From the IMG/VR virus record IMGVR_UViG_3300027759_000056, positions 1 to 64,000 of that record: DNA of 64,000 bases. One strand, 5' to 3'. Every line of letters begins with the position of its first letter. Within the stretch, counting starts at the first letter, position 1. The notes below the pieces were generated by a model that had not been told where the DNA came from, did not search any database, and saw only the letters and a list, made by a program, of their open reading frames with translations. This document shows, in pieces, positions 10,400 to 20,901 of the stretch. The DNA comes from a virus. The position numbers were made by a program, and so were the translations under genes.

Positions 10400-10556
10400 T
10401 GAGAATAATCCTTTTATTATTAATCACAGTTTTTTTATTTGGTTGTAGTAGAAAACACTTCAATAGAAAACATCCATACCAACCAAAAAGGGTAAAATAT
10501 CTTGACTCAAGATATGAAAGATGTTATCAACCATAATTTTGTGATATTTATTAAAC

Positions 10557-10772
10557 ATGTCAAGAAAAAAATTAATTACCGAACAATATGGTGACGAGGT
10601 TGACTTATTCAAACTTGCAGCATCTTATTACAAAAAACATGGTATGGAAAGAACCAAAAAGGTTTTGACTAAAATTATGGATACTTTGGAAAAAAGAGAA
10701 ACCCCTGATAGAGCACCTAAAGATGTTTTTCCGGGTAAACACTATATCGAAGAGGTAAAAAAAAAGACGTGA
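10557..10772 (+). CDS. hypothetical protein (LITEQ leader)
   Basis: TATTTAT upstream. Confidence 0.6.
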   Translation: MSRKKLITEQYGDEVDLFKLAASYYKKHGMERTKKVLTKIMDTLEKRETPDRAPKDVFPGKHYIEEVKKKT

Positions 10773-10957
10773 CGTGTGATAATTGTGGTTGGTCATGGGA
10801 CATTGAACCTAATGACAAACACCCTTATCTTTGCCACCAATGTGGGCACGTAAATAAAAAGACTGAATCTAAAGAAGGTGCTGGAGCGTACGACGCACCA
10901 GCCTTTTCTATGAAACCTGACCATGTTCATTTCAGAAATGTTAAAAATAGGTTTTAA
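10769..10957 (+). CDS. small zinc-ribbon protein
   Basis: CDNC...CHQC. Confidence 0.55.
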   Translation: MTCDNCGWSWDIEPNDKHPYLCHQCGHVNKKTESKEGAGAYDAPAFSMKPDHVHFRNVKNRF

Positions 10958-10973
10958 CAAGTATTTATAAGTT

Positions 10974-12350
10974 ATGAAAGTAATTCTTACCGAATCTCAA
11001 ATTAATAGAATTTTAGAACAAAACAATGATTTGATTACAACAATCAAACAAATGGGTTTTGTTCCATCAGGAAATGCAATATTCAAACACAGTCAAAAAC
11101 CTGAATTAACTTTAACCTTAACTGGTGATTATATTATTGTAAAAGATAATGGTAAAGAAATTACAAAAATTAAAACAAGTGAAATTGAAGACTTGGAAGG
11201 TACCATTAAATCAACATCATTAAAAGAACAAGTTGCTCAAGGTGCTCAAGGTGACCCTTATGAATATAAAAAAGAAGGTGGGTATTACTATGCAAGGAAA
11301 AAAGGTTCCAAAAATTGGATACTAACACGAGGTAATATGGCTGATTCAATAGAAAAAAAAATATTTGCAAACAAACAACCAAAAAATCCAACTCAAGTAA
11401 ATCCAACTCAAGTAAATCCAACTCAAGTAAAAACTGAAAAAAAATATTGTCCAGCACATCCTCAAAGTGCCGATGTTAATCCAAACTTAGAAAAAAATTA
11501 TCAAACAGAAGCTGCAAAATTAATTGGTAAGGGCATCCCAACAAGAACTAGTTGTGAGATTTCATTTATTAAATTAAGACCAAAATTTTCTAATAAATCT
11601 TTTTTTGTATTTGATGGTTCTCAAAACTTAATTTATTTATTTGATAAGACAGGAAATTTTGTTGCTAAAAGTTATGTATTGGATGGTGCTGATGCACAAT
11701 CACAAGACACCAAAAAAATTGCACAAGCTCTTTGGACATGGCAACAACAAGTTGAAAGTTTGGGTTTCAAATGGGACCCAAAAATGCAAAAATATTTAGA
11801 TAAGACTAATAAAAATAGAACTTATAGTAATGATTTAATTTACAATAGTATTGATAAAAATGACACTAGATTTTTTCCTAAAGGTGTGTATTCAATTGTT
11901 GGGTTATCAACAGATAAAGAATATGCTGGTGGACAAGATAATTTATTCAGAGTTGAAACATTAGATGGTAAAAAAATTGCCCAAGCAATTCACGGTTTTT
12001 ATAACGAAGCACCAAGAGTTGCTGCGTTAGAAGAATTAAAAACCAAAATGGGTACAAGTGCATCTCCAAAATCAGCATCAGTTCCACAAGAATTTTTGAG
12101 TATGGTTGAGAAATATAAATCCACTCAAAAATTTAATAAATCTTATGGTTGTGTTAATCTACCAACAGATTTCTTAAAAATTGCTAAACCATACGCTGTG
12201 GGAGCAATGTTATTTGTTATTGGTGAAACTCAAAATAATTATTTGGTTCAAAACGCCAACACATTCTTCCAAAAAATGGGTAACGCTGAAAATTGTTCAG
12301 ACCCAACATCTTTAGGTACGGAACTTCCAAATTTGGAAATGACCGCTTAA
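10974..12350 (+). CDS. L,D-transpeptidase (YkuD)-like domain protein with LTESQ leader
   Basis: AIHG...SYGCVNL catalytic motif. Confidence 0.65.
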   Translation: MKVILTESQINRILEQNNDLITTIKQMGFVPSGNAIFKHSQKPELTLTLTGDYIIVKDNGKEITKIKTSEIEDLEGTIKSTSLKEQVAQGAQGDPYEYKKEGGYYYARKKGSKNWILTRGNMADSIEKKIFANKQPKNPTQVNPTQVNPTQVKTEKKYCPAHPQSADVNPNLEKNYQTEAAKLIGKGIPTRTSCEISFIKLRPKFSNKSFFVFDGSQNLIYLFDKTGNFVAKSYVLDGADAQSQDTKKIAQALWTWQQQVESLGFKWDPKMQKYLDKTNKNRTYSNDLIYNSIDKNDTRFFPKGVYSIVGLSTDKEYAGGQDNLFRVETLDGKKIAQAIHGFYNEAPRVAALEELKTKMGTSASPKSASVPQEFLSMVEKYKSTQKFNKSYGCVNLPTDFLKIAKPYAVGAMLFVIGETQNNYLVQNANTFFQKMGNAENCSDPTSLGTELPNLEMTA

Positions 12351-12390
12351 TTTATTTTTATATTTAACATTTTTTCATTACCTTTGAGGT

Positions 12391-13020
12391 ATGAGAAATC
12401 TTTTATTTGTTTTAATGGTTTTATTCATTTCTTCTTGTGAAAAACAAGAGACTTCAGTAGTTGTAAAACCAAAGGTTGTTAAATCTGTTAAAACCCAAAA
12501 AACTATATTTGTTGTTCCTATGGGTAAAACCAGTAATTTTGATGTTAACTACATTGTTAATGAACTAAAACAATTTTACAAATGTGATGTTAAAGTATTA
12601 CCTAAAGTTGAAACACCTGCAATTGCCAAAGTAAATGGTTTGAAAAGATATAGAGCTATCGATATTTTGAATTTCTTATCTACTAAGTACAAAAAGAATA
12701 ACGGAAAAGTATTGGCACTTACTGATGGTGATATTTGTACTGATAGAGAACTTAACGGTATTGTATATAAAAATTGGGGTGTATTTGGATTGGGTAGATT
12801 AAACGATAAACCTTGTGTTATCTCAACTAACAGATTCAAAACAAACTATTACGACAGGTTGTCAAAAGTAACCATCCATGAAATTGGTCATACCTTGGGT
12901 TTAAGTCACTGTGATAACGATAAGAATTGTCTTATGAGTGATGCTAAAGGTAAAGGTGGACAAGTAGATTCTGAGAAAAAATGGATGTGTGATAAATGTA
13001 GAAAAAAAATAAAATTATAG
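12391..13020 (+). CDS. archaemetzincin-like Zn metalloprotease (M54), lipoprotein
   Basis: HEIGHTLGLSHC..CLM..CxxC; lipobox. Confidence 0.85.
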   Translation: MRNLLFVLMVLFISSCEKQETSVVVKPKVVKSVKTQKTIFVVPMGKTSNFDVNYIVNELKQFYKCDVKVLPKVETPAIAKVNGLKRYRAIDILNFLSTKYKKNNGKVLALTDGDICTDRELNGIVYKNWGVFGLGRLNDKPCVISTNRFKTNYYDRLSKVTIHEIGHTLGLSHCDNDKNCLMSDAKGKGGQVDSEKKWMCDKCRKKIKL

Positions 13021-13033
13021 TATTTATAATCAT

Positions 13034-13348
13034 ATGGGACGTTTCATTCTAACTGAAGAAGATAAAAAAGAAGTCATGAACAATTACTTTGGTGAATTTA
13101 ACCAAAAGTTTTACGATTTTCTAAAGTCCAACATTGAAGTCGAGTCTCACAATACCGAACATTACCCAAGACCTTTTGTTCTATTGTATATTGATGGTAA
13201 ATCAAAAATACTTAATGATTCAAAAAAATACTTGGTAAGTAAAATAGTTAGTGTATTCTCAGATGATTTTCCAAATGTTCCTGAGTCATCGTTAAGACTT
13301 ACCGCAAAAAAGTTTATTGACGAACTCAAAAAAGAATATTACGGTTAA
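13034..13348 (+). CDS. hypothetical protein (ILTEEDK leader)
   Basis: TATTTATA upstream. Confidence 0.65.
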   Translation: MGRFILTEEDKKEVMNNYFGEFNQKFYDFLKSNIEVESHNTEHYPRPFVLLYIDGKSKILNDSKKYLVSKIVSVFSDDFPNVPESSLRLTAKKFIDELKKEYYG

Positions 13349-13436
13349 TTGCAATTTTCTTCACATACAAATATTTATTTACAAGTCCCCTATTACACTT
13401 AGTGAATAAACCTTAAATTTTAATGTATGGAAGACA

Positions 13437-13811
13437 GTGAACCGATTAGAAACTACAGCAACAGCATTTATCAAGCCATCATACAGGTTTATAGACAAAC
13501 TTGGGGTAACCATGTTCAAAGAGGGTGATGATACCTCTTATCTATTAACATTATTTGTTGACCCTTATTCTTTAAGAAAATATTTGGAAATAAGTCCCAA
13601 TTTTATTAGTGGTACTGGTAAAATCAAAAAAGATTTAACGGACAGACCATTTAACTCATTTACACAAATTGTCGATGAGACAAATTCAACAAGTGTTAAC
13701 AACGCTAAAAAATTAACACAGAATATTAAAAAAGATTTCTATTTGGCAAGAAAAATGTCAGGAGTTGAATTTCCATCGGGTTTAGTTTCATTGCGTATTG
13801 TTTTTCAGTAA
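13437..13811 (+). CDS. hypothetical protein
   Basis: 124 aa ORF; start uncertain. Confidence 0.55.
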   Translation: MNRLETTATAFIKPSYRFIDKLGVTMFKEGDDTSYLLTLFVDPYSLRKYLEISPNFISGTGKIKKDLTDRPFNSFTQIVDETNSTSVNNAKKLTQNIKKDFYLARKMSGVEFPSGLVSLRIVFQ

Positions 13812-13832
13812 AACTTTATTTATCTTTGTTTC

Positions 13833-14135
13833 ATGATGTCAAAACAAAAAAAATCTGCTTACAATTTCGCTTATAAAGTTGGTATTACTGTGTTTGTAAT
13901 TTTAGTGGGAATAGTTTCACTTATTGTCATTACTCTAACAAAATCTTGTAATACTTTTACAAAAACAAACATCCAACATCATGATTCTCTTATAACTATG
14001 ATGGATACGGTATATCTACCAAATCCAAACGCTGTTAAAGTTGTTATTCACGATACTGTTTATAAAACAGCGACGTGTAACAAAAAACATTGTGATGTTG
14101 TAAAAACTACTAAGGATACGTCAAAGTCTAAATAA
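13833..14135 (+). CDS. membrane-anchored hypothetical protein
   Basis: N-terminal TM helix. Confidence 0.6.
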   Translation: MMSKQKKSAYNFAYKVGITVFVILVGIVSLIVITLTKSCNTFTKTNIQHHDSLITMMDTVYLPNPNAVKVVIHDTVYKTATCNKKHCDVVKTTKDTSKSK

Positions 14136-14409
14136 TGTCGTAACTTGCTTGGACAACAATTTTTAGTCCACCATTTTTTCCGTTAACAAACTCATACGCT
14201 TCTTCTATTAACCAACTAATATTTTCTGGCCAATAATTCATTGATGTTTCAGGGTCAGTTAAATAAACTTTTGCCGTAATTTGTTGTGATTTTGTTTGTG
14301 AAAGTGGAAACGCTTTAATTAATTCTATTCTTGAACCCTCACCGAAGAACAACTCCATTTTATTTTTTATACCACGATTGCAGTATGATTCCATCATTGC
14401 GAGTTTCAT
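14128..14409 (-). CDS. hypothetical protein
   Basis: 93 aa ORF. Confidence 0.6.
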   Translation of the reverse strand: MKLAMMESYCNRGIKNKMELFFGEGSRIELIKAFPLSQTKSQQITAKVYLTDPETSMNYWPENISWLIEEAYEFVNGKNGGLKIVVQASYDII

Positions 14410-14505
14410 AGTAAAAATATAATTTTAATTTAAGAATAAAAAAGTAAAAATCGGCATATTTATACTAGCTTAGCATTTAGTCTAGCAGCTTTAATAGCTT
14501 TTTAA

Positions 14506-14763
14506 TTATTTAGCATTTGTTATTATTTTCCAGCCATTTCTTAAATGCGGCATTTTATTAGTTTCTTCTTTAATTAAAGAATAAGCTTCGCATTTCATAT
14601 TAAAAAAATTTTCTGGTAATGGAGTAGTTTCTACTACTATGGTTGGGTCCATGTAAATTGATTGATTATCTTTTTCCCTACAATCAAACGTTATTGATTT
14701 TAGAAATGAATATTTCTCGACTAATTTATCACTAACTTCTTTGCTTATTGGACAGGTAATCAT
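14506..14763 (-). CDS. hypothetical protein
   Basis: 85 aa; TATTTAT upstream. Confidence 0.6.
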   Translation of the reverse strand: MITCPISKEVSDKLVEKYSFLKSITFDCREKDNQSIYMDPTIVVETTPLPENFFNMKCEAYSLIKEETNKMPHLRNGWKIITNAK

Positions 14764-14810
14764 GATAAATAAATATCTCTTTATATTTATAATTAATAAA
14801 TTACCTTACT

Positions 14811-15053
14811 ATGAACTTTTTTATGAAACTAATGGGTGATGGTTCTGATGTATCTTCTAAAAGATTCTCAGGTATCATTACATTGATTAACTTAATCGGA
14901 TTGGCTTATGTTGCGACAATTAAATCAGGTACAACACCTGAATATATGTTTGACACATTAGCTCTTTTATGTGGTGGTTTCTTAGGTTTAACAACTGTTG
15001 AAGCTATTTTTGCGAAGAAAAAAAATCCTGAACCTAAAAAGGATGGTGAATAA
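14811..15053 (+). CDS. small 2-TM protein (holin-like)
   Basis: VSSKRF followed by two TM helices and a basic tail. Confidence 0.55.
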   Translation: MNFFMKLMGDGSDVSSKRFSGIITLINLIGLAYVATIKSGTTPEYMFDTLALLCGGFLGLTTVEAIFAKKKNPEPKKDGE

Positions 15054-15120
15054 CCATCAGTGAAATTAAATTTAACCCCTTAAATTTGACGTTTAAGGGG
15101 TTTTTTATTATCTTTGTAGT

Positions 15121-15330
15121 ATGTCTACGTCTGGAACCACAAAAGCGTCTGAGAGCTTAAAATTTGAACGTGTATATGAAACTGAATATACCAAGTCAGT
15201 TTGGAGATTTGATTATTCCATCACAAAAAGTGGACCCGTGTCCGTGAGTGTGACCCATAAAAAAGAATTTTTTGAGAAAAAACAAACTCTTGGTGATTTG
15301 GTACCAAAGAAAAAAAGTCGTAAAAAATAA
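15121..15330 (+). CDS. hypothetical protein
   Basis: TATCTTTG before ATG. Confidence 0.6.
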   Translation: MSTSGTTKASESLKFERVYETEYTKSVWRFDYSITKSGPVSVSVTHKKEFFEKKQTLGDLVPKKKSRKK

Positions 15331-15957
15331 TTAAAGGAGTTTCTTTTGTAGTTTTTCTATTAAAAACTTTGTCTCAGATTCATTGAGACTATCAATGAAC
15401 GAATCCAAATTGGATTCTTTCATAATTTTTCTTTTTTTGTTTGATTCTGGTATTACGTCAGAAACCATAGTAATCTGTCTTAACTCTATACCATTACCTT
15501 CACCATCACCATAATCTCTGTCAGTTTCACTAAAATCATAGAAATCAAAAACTTCACCCTGTCCTAATTCGTAGAAACTTCTATATAGTTGGTCTTCCTT
15601 AAAATAACCTTCTACTTGACCCTCATAAGTAACATGTACCTGTTCAACCCTATCTTCATAAGTTTCAACATCAAACGTATAATATTTTGGAATAATTACA
15701 TTATCAACAGTTAATGTGTCGTTGTCTAAGTTATCTTCATTTTCCTCCAAAGCGTTCATCCAATAATAGTAATCATCGGCTTCACGACCAAGACCTAATT
15801 GTTTTTCGTATTTGTAATAAAATTTATAAGGGTCACCAGCTTCCCACTCAATATAATGTTTTGATGGCCAATCACTATTACTATCATGTTCTCTTTTCCA
15901 CAATTTGTAGAGAATTTTAAGTGCTTGGACTAATTTTTCTTTTGGTATATTTTTCAT
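15331..15957 (-). CDS. hypothetical protein
   Basis: 208 aa ORF. Confidence 0.7.
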   Translation of the reverse strand: MKNIPKEKLVQALKILYKLWKREHDSNSDWPSKHYIEWEAGDPYKFYYKYEKQLGLGREADDYYYWMNALEENEDNLDNDTLTVDNVIIPKYYTFDVETYEDRVEQVHVTYEGQVEGYFKEDQLYRSFYELGQGEVFDFYDFSETDRDYGDGEGNGIELRQITMVSDVIPESNKKRKIMKESNLDSFIDSLNESETKFLIEKLQKKLL

Positions 15958-15958
15958 A

Positions 15959-16735
15959 TTAAGAATAATTTGAACCCATTATATCACTTACTTTTTTAGC
16001 CCCTTGAGCAATTAAACTATTACCACTATTTTTTCTAGCGTCAATAGAAATTTTACTTAATTCTTTTGGGTTAGTAATACCGCTTTTAACGGAATCATTA
16101 ATTTTCTTGGCAAATTTTTGAAACCAACCTGGACCATTCCAAGTGGCATAAACAAAATTAGATAATAAACCACTATTTTTATTAACTATTTCACGAGATT
16201 CAGGAGATAAATATTTTTGAGCAAATTCATCATAAAATGGTTTCATCATTTTACTAACCAATGATTTTAATCTTGGTTCCAATGAACCTCCTTTGTAATT
16301 CCATTTCCAATTTGATTTGGCATTCTCCTTATCAATTATATCCCAAAATTCTTTACCTGCGGAACTTGTATTGATTTTTCCACCATTCTTCCTGTCAATA
16401 CCAAACATTGTTTCACCTGAATTACCATAACGAGAATCTTTAACTCTACCGTCTTTTAACATATTAGGATGGAAATAACCACCTTCAAGTTTATCTATAA
16501 TATTTTTGACAATATTATCAAAGTTTGTATCACCACCTGAAACACTTGATGATGAATCTGTATTTGTTGTCTCACCATTATCATCATCATTATTAAGAGT
16601 TGCATCCATAAATGATTTGAGTATTGCTTGACCCATAGCGTCTTTTATTCCACCAAAAACATTCTGAGCCAACTGCTCATTAACCATCATTAATTCTTTT
16701 TGGCGATGAATTTCCGCTAACAATCTTTTATTCAT
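15959..16735 (-). CDS. lysozyme-like glycoside hydrolase (GH108-like)
   Basis: LEGGY...GETMFGID motif. Confidence 0.6.
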   Translation of the reverse strand: MNKRLLAEIHRQKELMMVNEQLAQNVFGGIKDAMGQAILKSFMDATLNNDDDNGETTNTDSSSSVSGGDTNFDNIVKNIIDKLEGGYFHPNMLKDGRVKDSRYGNSGETMFGIDRKNGGKINTSSAGKEFWDIIDKENAKSNWKWNYKGGSLEPRLKSLVSKMMKPFYDEFAQKYLSPESREIVNKNSGLLSNFVYATWNGPGWFQKFAKKINDSVKSGITNPKELSKISIDARKNSGNSLIAQGAKKVSDIMGSNYS

Positions 16736-16749
16736 AAATTATAAATATC

Positions 16750-17088
16750 TTAAATTGCGAAACTTTCCCCACAACCACAGGTACGAGACGCATTTGGATT
16801 TATAAATTGAAAACCTTTTCCATTTAACCCATCCGAAAAATCTAATTCGGTTCCAAATAAATAAAGAAAAGATTTTTTATCTATTGCAATTTTTATTGAA
16901 TTATCTTCAACAATATTATCACCTTCTTGTGGTATGTTGTCAAAACCTAATTCATATGATAAACCTGAACAACCACCACCTTTAACACCCACTCTCAAAA
17001 AATAAGTTTCCCTATCCAACTTTTGTTCTTCCAAAAGTTCTTGTAATCTTATTCTTGCTTTTTCTGATACCGTAATAATTTCCATCAT
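16750..17088 (-). CDS. iscA: Fe-S cluster assembly A-type carrier (HesB/IscA)
   Basis: GGGCSG and [12 protein letters not shown]. Confidence 0.93.
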   Translation of the reverse strand: MMEIITVSEKARIRLQELLEEQKLDRETYFLRVGVKGGGCSGLSYELGFDNIPQEGDNIVEDNSIKIAIDKKSFLYLFGTELDFSDGLNGKGFQFINPNASRTCGCGESFAI

Positions 17089-18056
17089 GCCAATGGTGAT
17101 ACATAAACAGAATCTTTATTTTGTAAAGCTTCTCTAACCCATCTTCCACGTTCTTCAGCCATACGTCTAACAGCAATTCTTTCTTTATTACATGGACCAT
17201 TACCTTTTACCACAGCCCAAAACTCATCCCAATCAGGGTCAGAGTAAGTCCAAGTACCATCTTCATTTTTTTTCAAATCAGGGTCAGGTAATGTTAAACC
17301 AAGTTCTTCTATCTTTGGAACATACATACTGAAAAATTGATTTCTCATTTCATCATTGGTCATCATTTTGATTTTCCATTTAATAAGTTTTTCAGAATGA
17401 ACCGATTGTGAATCTGGTGGACCAAAAAAATGAATCACAGGTCTCCACCATCTATTCAAAGCATCTTGTACCATTTCCCTTTGTTCAGGTGTTCCTGTTG
17501 CAAGATAAACTGTATTGTCATGTCCTTGCTTCAAATGGAAACTTTCTTCAAAACAGATACGTTCTAATGCTCTACAATAAGGTCCATAAGAACCTTTGGC
17601 ATTAGCAAGTTGATTTACAATTGCCGCAGCATCAATCAACCATCCAATAACTGCAGTATCAGCCCAAGTCTTGGCGGGATAATTAAACACGTTGGAATAT
17701 TTTGATTTACCTGAAATTAAATCATTAACCATTTCTTCACGTGGTTTTCCAAGTGTCTCAGCTGCGGAATATAAAAGTTGAGCATGACCAACTTCATCCT
17801 GAACTTTGGCCATCAATGCTAATTTCCTTCTAAATCCTGGTGCTCTTGTAATCCATGTTCCTTCAGGTAAAGCTCCCACAATTTCTGAGTGAGCGTGTTG
17901 TTCAATCATACGGACAAGTTGCTTTCTATATTCTTTGGGCATCCAATCCTTTGGTTCAATCTTATCACCCGAGGCAATCCTTGCTTCAAACTCGGCAAGT
18001 TTTATTGGGTCGTCATCAACATCAAAATCTTTTGTCAAATTTGTATTTCCGTACAT
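17085..18056 (-). CDS. paaA: 1,2-phenylacetyl-CoA epoxidase subunit A
   Basis: [37 protein letters not shown] diiron motifs. Confidence 0.92.
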   Translation of the reverse strand: MYGNTNLTKDFDVDDDPIKLAEFEARIASGDKIEPKDWMPKEYRKQLVRMIEQHAHSEIVGALPEGTWITRAPGFRRKLALMAKVQDEVGHAQLLYSAAETLGKPREEMVNDLISGKSKYSNVFNYPAKTWADTAVIGWLIDAAAIVNQLANAKGSYGPYCRALERICFEESFHLKQGHDNTVYLATGTPEQREMVQDALNRWWRPVIHFFGPPDSQSVHSEKLIKWKIKMMTNDEMRNQFFSMYVPKIEELGLTLPDPDLKKNEDGTWTYSDPDWDEFWAVVKGNGPCNKERIAVRRMAEERGRWVREALQNKDSVYVSPLA

Positions 18057-18082
18057 ACCAATAAATATAAAAAACCCCCAAC

Positions 18083-18841
18083 TTAGTTAGGGGTTGTAAT
18101 GTTGTTAAGAACTTTTACTTCTTTGAAGTGAACATTCAGTTCGATTTCCCACGGGTCATTCTTCATTTCGTAGTTACCATCTAAGACACTACCGTTAAAG
18201 AATTCGGTGTTACCATTGTATGCCCAACTATGACCTTCGTGGATATGTCCTGATAAATGAAGAATAGGTTTAACCTCTTGTACTTTGCGTTCCAAGTCTT
18301 CACAACCAGCAAAGAACTGTTGATGTGGAATGTAATCACACTTATACATCACAGGACCGTGAGTAATAACCACATGAGTTCCCAAAGGGATTTGGTCCCA
18401 TACTTGTTTGATGTCGTGACCTCTTTGTTTGTTGAATACCCAAAAATCACCACCGAACCAAGGAGTTGCAGGAGAACCCCAAAACTTAACGTCCCCAATT
18501 CCACAACCATTGTTTTCCAAGTAGAACACATTGTTTGGCAAATTGTCCAAAAGGTTATTTAACCAAGCGGGTTTTGAAGGAGAATAATGTTCACCCATAA
18601 GGTGTTTTTCCAACTTATTTTCATTCAAAGGGTGGTGCTCATCAAAACAAATATCGTGATTACCAGCGATGAAGATTTTATATTTGTGGGGTTGATTAAC
18701 CAACCAATCAATAAAATCTTCCACTTGATATCTTTCACCGCGATTGCTGATGTCACCGCTGTGAATTAACACATCACCAAAAGGAACTTTAACTTTCCTG
18801 TGGAATCCGTGAGTGTCTGATATGTGTACAATGTTCATCAT
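18083..18841 (-). CDS. calcineurin-like metallophosphoesterase
   Basis: ISDTH, GD, GNHD, THGP, GHIHE. Confidence 0.9.
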   Translation of the reverse strand: MMNIVHISDTHGFHRKVKVPFGDVLIHSGDISNRGERYQVEDFIDWLVNQPHKYKIFIAGNHDICFDEHHPLNENKLEKHLMGEHYSPSKPAWLNNLLDNLPNNVFYLENNGCGIGDVKFWGSPATPWFGGDFWVFNKQRGHDIKQVWDQIPLGTHVVITHGPVMYKCDYIPHQQFFAGCEDLERKVQEVKPILHLSGHIHEGHSWAYNGNTEFFNGSVLDGNYEMKNDPWEIELNVHFKEVKVLNNITTPN

Positions 18842-18969
18842 GAGGCAAAGATAGTTAATTTATTTGATATTGTTTATTATTTTTTTTCCTTTTTTTGAAA
18901 CAATACTGTGAGCATCATGGTTAAAAAAAGCCCCAAAGTATGACAAAGGTAAACAATCATACAATATTT

Positions 18970-19218
18970 TTAGTAGTCTCCCCATGTAGTATCATCAATT
19001 TGCTCTGACAATGTTTCAATTTTGTTTTCAACGTATGAACGTATTTTTTTCATACTTTCCAATAATTCAATTCTTAATTTATGGAACTCCTCATCTTCAA
19101 TTTCTTCAAATGAACTGTAGTGTTCAAAACAATAATCCATACCTTCATCACCCATTCTATATTGAACGGCTTTGAAATTCTCAAGGTTATCTTCTATTTC
19201 TTTAATATTCGGTTTCAT
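18970..19218 (-). CDS. hypothetical protein
   Basis: 82 aa ORF. Confidence 0.6.
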   Translation of the reverse strand: MKPNIKEIEDNLENFKAVQYRMGDEGMDYCFEHYSSFEEIEDEEFHKLRIELLESMKKIRSYVENKIETLSEQIDDTTWGDY

Positions 19219-19219
19219 A

Positions 19220-19585
19220 TCAGTTAATTATCTCAAAGTAAAATTTAATTTGTTTTGGTGTTTCAGTCAATAATCCATAATCACGTGCCAATCTAAAATT
19301 TGGTGTATCACGATTTAATCTCATTAGTGATGTCTCAATTACGTTTCTAAATTGTTCCAAGTTATAAGTTGTTTTCCATTTATTACAACGAGAACAGGAC
19401 GGGTTAAGATTTTCTAAATTATGGGAACCTTTTTTTATCTTAGCCCGTTCCGCCTCATTCTCCGTTAATGTATGCCAATGAGGTTCAATGTGGTCAACCT
19501 GCATTTGTTTTATTGTAATTTCAACACCACAATAAGCACAATGACCATCACATTTGTCATACACCAACTGTCTATCAATTTTCAT
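19220..19585 (-). CDS. HNH endonuclease
   Basis: CAYCG..VDHIEP..NLNPSCSRCN. Confidence 0.85.
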   Translation of the reverse strand: MKIDRQLVYDKCDGHCAYCGVEITIKQMQVDHIEPHWHTLTENEAERAKIKKGSHNLENLNPSCSRCNKWKTTYNLEQFRNVIETSLMRLNRDTPNFRLARDYGLLTETPKQIKFYFEIIN

Positions 19586-20066
19586 CTTTAATGAAGTGAG
19601 GTATGTTAACCCTAACACAAGTTTGTGGTTGTGCCTCATTCATAAAAAAGTTATTGACGTAACCCATGATGTTTGCAGAACCAATTGGATTTGCAGAATG
19701 AACCAACACGGTTGGAAAATTGAATGATATACTTTTCTTTTGAAGTCTTCCCAAAATTAACCAATCAGGATTTTTTTCATAAAAATGATTCACTAACCAC
19801 TTGGCACAATCGTATCCTGTCTTTTCATGGATGTTATCATAATCCAATTTATAGTTGGGGGATACATTAGTAAAATATTCTTTCATTGCTGTGTCACCTA
19901 AATCATGGTCCAAAGAAATCAATTTGATTGTCTCCAAACCAAGTTCCATAACTTTAGATACAAACTCATCGTAAGAACGAACAACAATCCATTCAGGAAC
20001 CTCGTGAGTAGATGGGTTTGGTGATGGAGTCCTAACATCATCCAAATAAATGTAATTCATTTTCAT
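19575..20066 (-). CDS. cyclic-phosphate-processing receiver-like domain protein
   Basis: YLDDVR..SLDHDLG..TGYD..HSANP. Confidence 0.7.
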   Translation of the reverse strand: MKMNYIYLDDVRTPSPNPSTHEVPEWIVVRSYDEFVSKVMELGLETIKLISLDHDLGDTAMKEYFTNVSPNYKLDYDNIHEKTGYDCAKWLVNHFYEKNPDWLILGRLQKKSISFNFPTVLVHSANPIGSANIMGYVNNFFMNEAQPQTCVRVNIPHFIKDEN

Positions 20067-20075
20067 AATACAAAG

Positions 20076-20510
20076 TTAATTATTTTTTTCTACATTAGTA
20101 TAGTAGTAATTCAAAAATTCATAAACTAATGACTCAAGAATTTCTAATTTATTATCATTCAATTCTTTTTGTTCCAAGAAACTTTCACCATCAACTTCAA
20201 TACTGAAATACCTACTTGTCATTACAAACGAAGGAAAACCATCATTACAAGGTGTTAATTCAATCTTGTCAATGACTTCCATGGCATCGTTCCAACAATA
20301 AAAAGGGTTACAAATATCGTTCTCAAAATGTGTAACAATATCACCATCATCTTCCATGTGAACCAATTCACTGATAGAATAAAAGTCTCGAGGTAATTCC
20401 CATTTTGATTGTACAACCACTTTTTCGGTTAATGTTTCATTGTGAGTACACGTTACTGTTTGGGTAAATTTGAATCCCATAAAATGAAAAAGTTGATTTG
20501 ATTTGTCCAT
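20076..20510 (-). CDS. hypothetical protein
   Basis: start refined to MDKSNQ after TATCTTTG. Confidence 0.6.
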   Translation of the reverse strand: MDKSNQLFHFMGFKFTQTVTCTHNETLTEKVVVQSKWELPRDFYSISELVHMEDDGDIVTHFENDICNPFYCWNDAMEVIDKIELTPCNDGFPSFVMTSRYFSIEVDGESFLEQKELNDNKLEILESLVYEFLNYYYTNVEKNN

Positions 20511-20630
20511 AGTCCAACAAAGATAATAAATAAATTTGATAAAAAAAAGACCCGATTTCTCGGGTCTTTTATAAAAGAGATATATATATAAAAACACCCA
20601 AAGGGCGATGAATATATAAATATTGTTAAT

Positions 20631-20852
20631 TTACAATTTTTCTACACTGCCAACCTTTTCTTTCATAGATTTTTTGAAAGTATCTTTGAAAGTTTGTTTT
20701 GTTTGGTCTTTTTTACCCAACGATTTAAAATGTTCTTTGTGTAGATTCTTAAAATTATCAAATAGTTTTTCAGTTCTTCTGACTTGAGTTAGTGTTTCAC
20801 AAGAATCTAAAACTTTCAAAACCCAATTAAAATCTTCATTTATATTTTCCAT
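20631..20852 (-). CDS. hypothetical protein
   Basis: 73 aa ORF. Confidence 0.6.
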   Translation of the reverse strand: MENINEDFNWVLKVLDSCETLTQVRRTEKLFDNFKNLHKEHFKSLGKKDQTKQTFKDTFKKSMKEKVGSVEKL

Positions 20853-20901
20853 ATTACAAATATAATAAAAGGTGTTGAAATAAACAACACCTTTTTACAA
20901 A

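Noticed and set aside
14462-14518. TAGC-rich intergenic run
   Set aside because: Short and irregular, with no supportable function.
20540-20610. Possible antiterminator (gggtgttttt against aaaagaccc) before the 20510 gene
   Set aside because: There is no leader ORF and the pairing is weak; treated as a plain terminator.
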